Below are positions 51,700 through 64,000 of a stretch of 64,000 bases of DNA, in pieces. The notes under the pieces were generated by a model. It was not told where the DNA came from. It was given only the letters and a program-made list of their open reading frames with translations, and ran no database searches. A program made the position numbers and the translations under genes. The stretch is from Eledone cirrhosa (Eukaryota), in contig OZ024744.1 in the NCBI GenBank assembly GCA_964016885.1, forward strand, positions 89,342,001 to 89,406,000, in the 5' to 3' direction. Position 1 is the stretch's first letter, and each line of letters begins with the position of its first letter.

Positions 51700-53680
51700 T
51701 TACATTACTCCGGAGTAAACAATTGTGCTACGTTCTAAGTTAAACTTGTTAGTGTTCTCTAGTAGGGATGTTCTTATAACTATATTGATGTCGTCTACGT
51801 AACGAGAGTACATGATGAGGTCTATGGAGCTCTCATTAAGGAGATCTTTAAGTCTCCTTTCCCACCATACCATGAAAAGGTTGGCAACATCACCAGCTAT
51901 GCTGACGCCAATGACTGCTCCCTCATTTTGGGTGTACATCTTCTCGTTGAACTTGAATATGTGGCCCTTTAGGGTAGTTTTGATACTATCCCCTGTTGCA
52001 TGTGCGACCATTTTTCTTACCTGATCATTGTTTTGGGGGGTCCGTATGGCTTTGGTCCACCCAATCCACCTTCCCACGGGAGTCTTTTTTGCCATTGAGG
52101 TTATGGTGGGGGGTCTACCTCTTATGGGTCTACTAGGGCAGAAACGTTTAAGGTCTATGGAAAGCATCCAGCAGATAGCTAATTCCATACACCAGAGTAT
52201 AACTGTAACTATCGACTTCCCTTCCAAACACCCTAACAATAGACTACCTGTATTAAACACGGAACTCTGGATTAACACTATAGACGAGAGAGCCCAAATT
52301 CTCCACTCACACTATGCTAAACCCATGGCCTCCAAATACCTGATACTCAAAAACTCAGCAATGTCCAGTAGTGCTAAGTTTAATATTCTGATCAACTGCA
52401 TGCAGTTCTCTTGCTGCAACCAAAGAGACAGAATCAGAGTATACGAAGGAGCCATGGAGAAGTATAAGACCCTCATAGAACTGGACATGAAAGGAATTTG
52501 CCCATTATACAGGAGCAAATCATGGAATAGCTTAGATAGGGCTAGACATAAGATAGGGAAAGACACCTCATGGTACGACAACCAGAGATACCAGAGTATC
52601 ATGTTTGTGGACGCTACCCCTGGAGGGAAATTAGCTAACCAGTGTAGAAAGGCCCTGAGAAAGACCCACTTAAGGTGGTAGAAAAGCCAGGAACCACCAT
52701 AAAATCCCTGATCAGCAAAACCTACCCTTTTAAGAAAACCCACTGTACTAATAGGAAATGTATCATATGTAAGGTAAACCCCCGGATAAACTGTAAAATT
52801 AGAAACGTAGTCTATAGCATAAGATGTACAGAGGGTACTTGCAGAAACATGACAATAACATACATAGGCGAGCCAGCTCGTAGCATAGGTGAATGGATAG
52901 ACCAACACTGGGAGGAACTAAAAGGACAAAAAAACGGGTCAGTACTATACGAACATTCCAGACAACAACACGACGGTAACATAGACAACATAGAAATTAG
53001 AATAATATCTAAACATAGAAATGACCCAACAGATAGGCAAATCAGAGAGGCCAGTGAAATAGAACTTTGAAGGCCAAGACTAAACAGAAAGAATGAATGA
53101 AATAACAACAACACCCAAACAAACAACACTGACCTAAGAGAAGTATAAATAAATAAATAAATAAATAGATAAATAAATAAATAAATAAATACATACACAA
53201 GCACAATAACAACAAACACACATAAACACACACTAGTAAAGATAGAATACATTAACCGATACACAGTCACCCAATCACGAACAGACATCAAACAAAACAC
53301 TATACAAACACGCAAACGCATGCGCAAAGAAGACAAAATAAAATAAACAAACAAACAAATAAATAAATAAATATATAGACAGACTAAATAAAAATGGCGT
53401 AGACATACAATGTAACGGGAGGAAACAATAGCACCACTGACGATGTTGCAGATGTGCAACGAAAGAACTTTGATAAACTATATATATGTGTTTGTGTCTA
53501 TATTGTATCTGTGTTATTTTTGACCGTCGGTCAGTCAATGGCAACATTGAGGACCGAATAAATTAGATTACCGATATAAAAGACACAGAAGCGAAAAGCG
53601 AAAACCAACCAAACAGTGAGTGTGTTCTGTTATTAATTCTGGCAATATTACACAAATATGACCCTCCCCAAGTATAACAA

Positions 53681-53682
<2 letters not shown>
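51700..53682. mobile_element. Penelope-like element with 5' inversion: RT core on minus, thumb + GIY-YIG + pLTR on plus
   Basis: Minus ~51722-52154: QNEGAVIG..ANLFM..RYVDD. Plus ~52155-53100: LPVLNT..HYAKPM; C..C..C, NVVYSIRC..YIGE..H..RQIREA. HHR 53433-53474. Confidence 0.85.
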
Positions 53683-53725
<43 letters not shown>

Positions 53726-53728
<3 letters not shown>

Positions 53729-54127
53729 AAAGTTTTATTTAAGATTGTTGGGTTACAACGAGTAAATATTTTATAACTGATATAAAAGCACTCAACAGTT
53801 TCTGGAGTAGGTTTACGATATTAAACAAATGGAAACTATATTAATAAAACCATATTTATTTCGTTATATATATTTCTGGGATACCATATTAAAAATATGG
53901 TATGCCTTCCTCAGACAAAATACAATACATAAGCTGTTTTATAAATCAACTTTTTAAATGGAAGTTGCATTATTTATAAGGTATGTCAAAAATTATTTAT
54001 AAAACAGCTTATGTATTGTATTTTGTCTGAGGAAGGCATACCATATTTTTAATATGGTATCCCAGAAATATATATAACGAAATAAATATGGTTTTATAAA
54101 TATAGTTTCCATTTGTTTAATATCGTA
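53726..54127 (-). mobile_element. Fold-back PLE, H2-related subfamily, HHR 54019-54084 plus mirror
   Basis: Arms 53814-53946/53995-54127; tail on the left. Confidence 0.8.
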
Positions 54128-54140
54128 TATATATATATAT

Positions 54141-54247
54141 GAAAACTTGTTCACGTGACAGCCATAATTTCATTTATAACCAATCATATTACGTTTATTT
54201 AAAAAAAGCCTTCGTGAGCCCCTTTTTTTAAGTAAAAAGAAATTCAA

Positions 54248-54278
<31 letters not shown>

Positions 54279-54925
54279 CACACACACAAGCACACAAATA
54301 AACATACATATCTTTACTTTCTTTATTCAATAGAAAATCTGAATTCTGACACCCCAGCGAACTAACCATATTCACTGAACCAGAACAATTCTCCCATCCA
54401 ATTTCTCTTGACCATTATCTTTTACTTATCATAAAATTGTCTAAAAAGGCTATAGAATGGATTTCCAAATAAGGGCGCGAAAATTTAATGAAAACTTGTT
54501 CACGTGACAGCCATAATTTCATTTATAACCAATCAAATTACGTTTATTAAAAAAAAAAGCCTTCGTGAGCCCCCTTGTTTTTAAGTAAAAAGAAATTCAA
54601 ACACTCATATATGAAAAAACAACCTGTGACCCCCCCCCCCCTGTTTGAAGAACTTTGTAACGCGAACTGGCGCGAAATTTATTATAATTATTGACCAACC
54701 AATCAAATTACTTCTCGAAAAACCTGGCATTTCGAGCCACTTTTTCCATATAAAACAAGTAACATTCAGAGACCAACTAGATGTGAGAAAAACCACAGAC
54801 CCTCCATCTCAACTCTACTTTTGAAAAGCAGAAGAGCTGCGAAACCGGTAAAGGAACGAAATAAATGTATATATTTTTTTTAAATAAGACTCCAGTTGCA
54901 TTTTCGATTTCATTTTTTTTTCTTT
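54141..54925. repeat. Unclassified repeat with ~110-bp direct duplication; right part also at 35335-35585
   Basis: GAAAACTTGTTCACGTGACAGCC at 54141 and 54490. Confidence 0.65.
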
Positions 54926-54938
54926 ATATATATATACA

Positions 54939-54999
<61 letters not shown>

Positions 55000-55001
<2 letters not shown>

Positions 55002-56990
55002 AAGAGTTAAACAAAATTCAATGAGTATATCAAAGAATGAGGTTTACAGTAGATTGGAAGCACTCTACGGTAAAATAATTTTCCAGAGTTATTAATATTA
55101 GAATATAAACTGCCGGTGATTACCGGTGGTTTATATAGGGACGACATTTTATTTACGGTGGTCAAACACAACAATATAGAACTAAATAGAGTAAAGAAAA
55201 GTATAATAGAATGTTTTAAAATGTACAACCTTAAATTAGAAGTAGAAAATGGTACCAAAATAGTTAATTTCCTAGACGTTACCTTTAACTTAAACACTGG
55301 CTTCTATTACCCTTTTCATAAGCCCAATGAAAACTTAAACTATGTTAGTAACCATTCCAATCACCCTAAATCTGTAAAAAAAAAAGCTATAGTAAATAGT
55401 GTGCAAAAACGAATTAATAAAATAGCAGCCAATAAACATATATTTGATGAAAACGCTGAATACTACAACAACGCGTTAAAAAAGAGCAGGATATACGAAT
55501 AACATAGAATATGTAGATAATAAGTATTAATCTTAATAAGTATTAATCTTAATAAAAATACTAACATATATAAGAGAAACTCTATTAATTATAATTCAAA
55601 CACCCATACGCCAAATAAATCGAGAATAAGAACTAGAACAAAACCAGTCATATTTGTTAACTTTGATCCATACCATTATTTCTTTATTTCTCTATCCTTA
55701 TCTTCCTACTTAAGTTTTAAATCTGAGTTTTACATCCAACCCTTACATCTTTACTGAACTTATTTATAACTGTGAATTTTTCATACGTTTCTGATCTCTT
55801 ATTTATAATATGTATGTAATTATATTTTCTATGTTTTTAAATATATCTACCGCATTCTTATATCCATGATTCAAATATAGAGCAAATATCCAAATTACAA
55901 ATTATTATAAACATTATTTTGAAATATGAATTATCCATGTATTTATTATTCTTTTTCTTATATATATATATATGTATTTAACTTTAACACGTAGAACTTT
56001 ATTATATAAAATTATAACCGTTATCATTTACCTAAAGTATACTGTATCACTAATACATAATATAAGATATATCCATATATAACTCCCAGTATCTTTCTAT
56101 ACATAATTTTCAGTTTTTACTTTGAGCTAGGAATAATTAATACATGTACACACGGTTATATATGGGTATATATTTAGTTTTAACATGCCTCAATCTATCA
56201 TTTTATTTTAATTTTATTTTCATTATCATTTACCTAAAATATACTGGCTCATGAATTAATATATATCTATATACATAACCGTTATTTAAATTTTTCTAAC
56301 AATAAGTACTTCAAAAGCTTTACATGCCTAATACATTGACAATAACTAACTTCATTAAAGATTACATTTAGGAAAATATTCAACAGTGTAAACTTTCCTT
56401 AATAAAGGCCAGCTAAACCCTTTTAATCTTATCATCAAAAAATTCAGAAGCTTAGAAATGTTAACACACTTATAAAATTTACAAAACTAATATATAAATA
56501 ACCACCAATTTTAAAAAAAAAAACCTAAAAATATTGATTCTTCACCCTAAGATAACATAAATTAAATATTTTCAAACTTAACCGTTTAACTTTCGGAAAA
56601 AATCACCTTCTGCATACATTACCGCTCTTCATCTTTCTCCCTCTCTCTCACTGACTGTTATAATTCATGAAATGCTTTCCTATATAAATTGTAGTATCAT
56701 ACATATTAAAATCTCTATAACTGGTACATTAAGCAACGTTTTTCTTACTCACACATTCTCTATTGAATTTATTACGTTTCCGCATTTTCTCATTATTAGG
56801 GTATAAATGTTAAACTTTCTCTTAGGTTAATCACTACCTTGATTAAATCTTAACCATTTAACATCTCAGGGTATGTCATGTATCATTATATTTTGTCTGA
56901 GGAGGACGTACTGTTGTACATCCGAAATATGTATAATAAAATGTAATTGATCAAAAGAACATCTATTTTATTAATATTTATATTCTAATA
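55000..56990 (+). mobile_element. Penelope-like element: YRDD-type RT fragment, AT-rich body, pLTR with HHR 56887-56945
   Basis: GGLYRDD..VNFLDVTFNL..FHKPN..YV..SNHP; TATATTTTGT-CTGAGGA-GGAcGTAC tgtt GTACaTCC-GAAA-TATGTA-TA^ATAAAATGTA. Confidence 0.8.
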
Positions 56991-57014
56991 TATATATATA
57001 TATATATATGTGTG

Positions 57015-57099
<85 letters not shown>

Positions 57100-57248
57100 A
57101 TATATATATATATATAACCCTCTCCAACTCTCATTCACTCTCTCTCTCCCTCTTTCTCACCATGGACATACTGATATTGTAATGATAATTTTGTCGGCGT
57201 AGAGATTATGAAAGAGATAGTGCACAATTGTGATACATATATATATCC

Positions 57249-57289
<41 letters not shown>

Positions 57290-57388
57290 AGTGTGTTTGT
57301 GTGTGTTTGTGTGTGTGTGTATATCACTATTTCAGAGCACCAATTCTAATATATATATATATATACATAAATATATATATATACATAT

Positions 57389-57421
<33 letters not shown>

Positions 57422-57435
57422 AATATATATATATA

Positions 57436-57512
<77 letters not shown>

Positions 57513-57516
<4 letters not shown>

Positions 57517-58234
57517 TTTCTGAATTTGTTTAGCAAGATTCTTTATCTGAAAACGTGTGTTGAAACCGATATTGTTATACTTTGGGAGAGTCATGTTGCC
57601 AATAAGAAAGACATGCACCAGTTGCTTTCACCCCAATTTATTATCAATTAAATTTATAAATTTAAGAATTTATAAATTTCCGGTTGGTTGGTTGGTTGGT
57701 TCCACAACCGGACGGTTGTTCATATATTGTCAAAGTTATTTCGTCACACATTCTGTGACCTCTTCAGTAACTGGGGATTCTTTTCTTTGTTTTGTGCCTC
57801 TCCTTTGTTGTGTCCTACGCCATCTTGTTTTTGTGTGTGTTGTGTGCTTAGTTTGCGCATGTGTTACATCCGGGTATCTCTGTGTGTTTTTATTTGTTTT
57901 TATTTTACAAACAAACAAATAAAAACACACACAGACAGCCGGATGTAACACATGCGCAAACTAAGCACACAACACACACAAAAACAAGATGGCGTAGGAC
58001 ACAACAAAGGAGAGGCACAAAACAAAGAAAAAAATCCCCAGTCATTGAAGAAGTCACAGAATGTGTGACAAAAGAACTTTGACAATATATGAACAACCGT
58101 CCGGTTGTGGAAACAACCAGCCAACCAACCGGAAATTTATAAATTCTTAAGTTTATAAATTTAATTTATAATAAATTGGAGTGAAACAACTACTGCGTGT
58201 GTTTCTTATTGGCAACATGGCCCTCCCAAAGTAT

Positions 58235-58242
<8 letters not shown>
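57513..58242 (-). mobile_element. Fold-back PLE with ~330-bp arms; HHR 57729-57771 (minus), mirror decayed
   Basis: Arms 57569-57899/57913-58242. Confidence 0.8.
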
Positions 58243-58302
<60 letters not shown>

Positions 58303-58309
58303 TTATATG

Positions 58310-59453
<1,144 letters not shown>

Positions 59454-59462
<9 letters not shown>

Positions 59463-60020
59463 TAAAAAAATAATGAATAAAACAATGAAACAGTTCCTTA
59501 TATTAAACAAAAAAAGTTCATTATTTAACGATCGTTTCTAGGATATATATGTGTTAGAATTGGCATGCATATTCAACAGATCTATGTACAAAATTATACA
59601 AAATTATACAAACTATCAAGATTAAATATACATACCAAACACACATATATGCCGTCTTCAGAAATAATCATTATTTCTGAAGACAGCATATATGTGTGTT
59701 TGGTATGTATATTTAATCTTGATAGTTTGTATAATTTTGTATAATTTTGTACATAGATCTGTTGAATATGCATGCCAATTCTAACACATATATATCCTAG
59801 AAACGATCGTTAAATAATGAACTTTTTTTGTTTAATATAAGGAACTGTTTCATTGTTTTATTCATTATTTTTTTAATATTTTATCTTGACTCTGTATTCC
59901 GTTTATCTTTCACCGAAAGTGATTTTTCATTGCATCTCTTCTTTCCATGATATCCGGACTACATTGAGTTCTTCATACGGATTGGACACTACCGTAAACT
60001 CTTGGTAGATTTATCTACAT
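59454..60020 (+). mobile_element. Near-perfect 431-bp palindrome plus tail; HHR with very long stem II (59670-59818)
   Basis: Arms 59454-59668/59670-59884, 1-nt spacer; ATTATTT-CTGAAGA-(~116 nt)-GAAA-CGATCG-TT^AAATAAT. Confidence 0.8.
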
Positions 60021-60040
60021 ATATATATATATATATATAT

Positions 60041-60431
60041 TTCGTTTCTGAATTTGTTTAACAAGATTCTTTATCTGAATACCTGTGTTGAAACCAATAT
60101 TGTTATGCTTTGGGAGGGTCATGTTGCCAATAAGAAACACACGCACCAGTTGCTTTCACTTCAATTTGATTTTGTGCCTCTCCTTTGTTCTGCCCTACGG
60201 GACAGAACAAAAGAGAGGCACAAAAACAAAGAAAAGAATCCCCAGTCACTGAAGAGGTCACAGAATGTGTGACGAAAGAACTTTGACAATATATCAACAA
60301 TCGTATGGTTGTGGAACCAACCAACCGGAAATTTATAAATTCCTAAATTTATAAATTTAATTTATAATAAATTGAAGTGAAAGCAACTGGTGCATGTGTT
60401 TCTTATTGGCAACATGACCCACCCAAAGTAT

Positions 60432-60438
<7 letters not shown>
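60041..60438. mobile_element. Fold-back PLE (57513 family) with deleted left arm; HHR 60245-60287 (+)
   Basis: GTCA-CTGAAGA-G-GTCAC agaatgt GTGAC-GAAA-GAAC-TT^TGAC; outer arms ~60097-60167/60368-60438. Confidence 0.8.
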
Positions 60439-60528
<90 letters not shown>

Positions 60529-60637
60529 CATATAAATAATATGGGTAATATTACAATTACAAGTGTGAGAATAGCTTCATGTAAAATAACAAATATAATA
60601 CAGAGCCGGAATACTTTATAAATAACAACCAAACTGT

Positions 60638-60672
<35 letters not shown>

Positions 60673-60676
60673 GAAG

Positions 60677-61053
<377 letters not shown>

Positions 61054-61059
<6 letters not shown>

Positions 61060-61400
61060 AAAGAGTGAAGAATAACATGGTCAAAAGTACAAAAAAGAGT
61101 TTTATTTACAGACTTAACAATTGTTTCACTGATTAAGTTGTCTAAAAATTGCTGAACACTCAATTTTAAATGCGTTAAGACTGTAAATGAAACCCTTTTT
61201 TGTACCGTTGACCATGTTATTCTTCACTCTTTCAATATTATTACTCCAAGATAAACTTACATAGGAATGCAAGAGAAATCATAAACTCGCCACCTACGGA
61301 AACCTCGTGTTGAGTCAAACAACGCCGTACGCTAAAACTATCCACAATACGAAGTATTCACAACCTCTAACTGGATTAACTATAACGATATTTTGTTATC
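61054..61400 (+). mobile_element. Fold-back PLE retaining only the HHR 3' half
   Basis: Arms 61054-61118/61174-61238; minus strand GAAA-CAATTG-TT^AAG. Confidence 0.65.
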
Positions 61401-61432
61401 CCTTTTATATATATATATATTTACATATATAA

Positions 61433-61552
<120 letters not shown>

Positions 61553-61682
61553 GTCGTCATCATCGTTTAACGTTCATCTTACCCCTTTGCATGGGTTTGG
61601 ACGGGAATTTTACCCACTTGAGGCAAGATTGGATGTCCTGCTCGTATAGGACTGTCTGGCGGGTTTTCTACGGCTGGATGCC

Positions 61683-61758
<76 letters not shown>

Positions 61759-61761
<3 letters not shown>

Positions 61762-61985
61762 TCAACTAGAAATTGATTGACATATAAATATATCTAAAAT
61801 AAACATATGAAACAATCACAGGGGATTGCTTCATATGTTTATTTTAGATATATTTATATGTCAATCAATTTCTAGTTGATATAAAATGCTCGGATCTATT
61901 CATTAGAATCTCTGAGCATATTTTACAGGTGATATGGCGCAGGTCTTTCTGACATGACACCCTTAATTTAACTTAATTTTGGATA
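61759..61985 (+). mobile_element. Short fold-back, family of 46643-47190
   Basis: ~58-bp arms around CACAGGGG, then the shared tail. Confidence 0.7.
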
Positions 61986-61996
61986 TATATATATAT

Positions 61997-62819
61997 AATG
62001 AATAAAGTTAATATATCTGAGGGTACAAGGTACCCCTAGAAATACATAGATTGTCTATGATTCAAGGTGGTTCTATGGTAATAATTTGATATACCAGAAC
62101 TTAATATCAAGATAAGCAGAACAAGTAAAATTCAACCAATTTTTCAAAATAAATCAAAATTAATTTACAATTAAAATTAATCAAAATTTAAAAATATAAT
62201 ATAAATATTTACCTATTCAAATGGCCCTTACTGTACAGTTTCACTTTGCAAAACATTAGATATCACATGGATATTAATGGAAAAACAAAGATCATCAGAG
62301 AAGCATTTTCCTTTCCTAGGGTTAAAAACCTCAGGAACGATAAAATATATGACCTCGTCTCCAACTGACACAGGTCTGAAAGGTCGTAAAAGTGACCCGT
62401 ATGTACGCTGGTGTGAAGTGAAGGCGGGAAATCGTAGACTTGTTGTCTATAGTCGCCACTAAAAAAATTAGCAGCTAGATAGAACGACAGATTTGTTCTC
62501 TACATAACGGAGAATAATGAATAAAGTTAATATATCTGAGGGTACAAGGTACCCCTAGAAATACATAGGTTGTCTATGATTCAAGGTGGTTCTATGGTAA
62601 TAATTTGATATACCAGAACTTAATATGAAGATAAGCAGAACAAGTAAAATTCAACCAATTTTTCAAAATCTAATGTTTTTCAAAGTGAAACTGTACAGTA
62701 AGGGCCATTTGAACAGGTAAATATTTATATTATATTTTTTAATTTTGATTAATTTTAATTGTAAATTAATTTTGATTTATTTTGAAAAATTGGTTGAATT
62801 TTACTTGTTCTGCTTATCT

Positions 62820-62825
<6 letters not shown>
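61997..62825. mobile_element. PLE-like element with direct (61997-62150/62516-62670) and inverted (~62104-62251/62679-62825) repeats
   Basis: Repeats seen directly; (TA)n flanks; CTGA-GGGTAC aag GTACCC-cta-GAAA motif. Confidence 0.6.
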
Positions 62826-62908
<83 letters not shown>

Positions 62909-63342
62909 TAAGTCACGCTTTTAATTTTATTAACGGACATTATAAAACTAAATGCGATGGCACGTTGTTTATTCAATGCTACTACCTACATTAGTAAGGA
63001 GTCTGCAGCAAAAAAATAAAAACTAGGTACATTCTATAATCTACATTTCCCACAGGTTATTAATCTTGTTCCCACAATAAAACAAAGACAGGAGAGTTAA
63101 CATTAACACTAAATGATTAAAGTTGAAAAGTCGTTCACTTAAGCAAACTGTTCAAAGAATACTTAATTGGCTGATATGAACTGTCGTCCAACAGACTCCA
63201 AGATAAGTGCTTAGCTGTCTAGATGTTTGTATGTGTATGTGCGTACACGCCTGTGTTAGAGAGTGGGTTAGTGAGTTAGTAAGTAGATTTGCACACCGAC
63301 AGTGTAATGTGTGCAAATGTGTGCATGTGTGTGTGTCAATGC

Positions 63343-63454
<112 letters not shown>

Positions 63455-64000
63455 AGGAGTGTAGGTGCATGAACATAAACGTGTGTGTGTGAATGTGTGG
63501 GTTTTTCGCCACTCACGATTTAAGGTTTAGGTTAGTGTTTCGTGTATTTGAAAGCAATTTACTTATCAGAACTTCTCCTTGGGAATGACTGACTGGACTT
63601 AGTGCTGATTCCACCGTTGGCGATTCCCACGGACAAATTAGGCACTTAGTGAAACACTTCTTAAGCAGCATTAGTCGGCCGATTTATTAAGGAGGGAGAG
63701 ATAGACAGATAAAGCGAGAGGGAGAGAGAGGGGGGCAGGGGGGAGAGAGAGAGAGACCAAAGCAGCTAAGAAAGTAGTTAAAATCTTTTAATTATTTACT
63801 GCCTATCGCTGTTCTCTTGTTACTCGTTAAAAATATACATATTTCTGGCGACAAAAGTTCAATCTTTAATCTGGGTAGTAAGTACTTTGTTTCTGCCAAA
63901 CTTATATTCTCTTTTAACTTAACTTAATTGTTTCTGAGAAAATATCAATATTTTTTTATGCCAAGTATTTTCTAAAAGTCTTTGTTGTTATTGTTGTTGT

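Noticed and set aside
63530-63700. Unique-looking sequence as promoter or 5' UTR
   Set aside because: No supporting signal within the window.

Overview
AT-rich, microsatellite-dense eukaryotic DNA made almost entirely of transposable elements. The SINE families resemble those of octopus/coleoid cephalopods (inference from recall, not a database hit). No host gene is recognisable. Content: R4/Dong-type RLE retrotransposons in (TAA)n and (CATA)n tracts; a near-intact L1/Tx1 element with an open 1139-aa ORF2 inside a (TAA)n tract; CRE and RTE fragments; a Tc1 IR/DR transposon; Helitrons, including a 6.35-kb one with a visible empty site; several Penelope-like (PLE) RT/GIY-YIG fragments; tRNA-derived SINEs. 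The most striking signal is absent from the ORF track. About a dozen short non-coding fold-back elements (inverted arm + spacer + arm with a unique tail) sit in (TA)n tracts. By-eye reading finds about 18 type I hammerhead-ribozyme (HHR) loci from many sequence families, about 13 with intact CUGANGA/GAAA/UH cores. Several occur on both strands of one fold-back, some show stem covariation, and some have variant cores or very long stem II. Coordinates were read by eye and may be off by a few nt; no alignment, folding or search was run.
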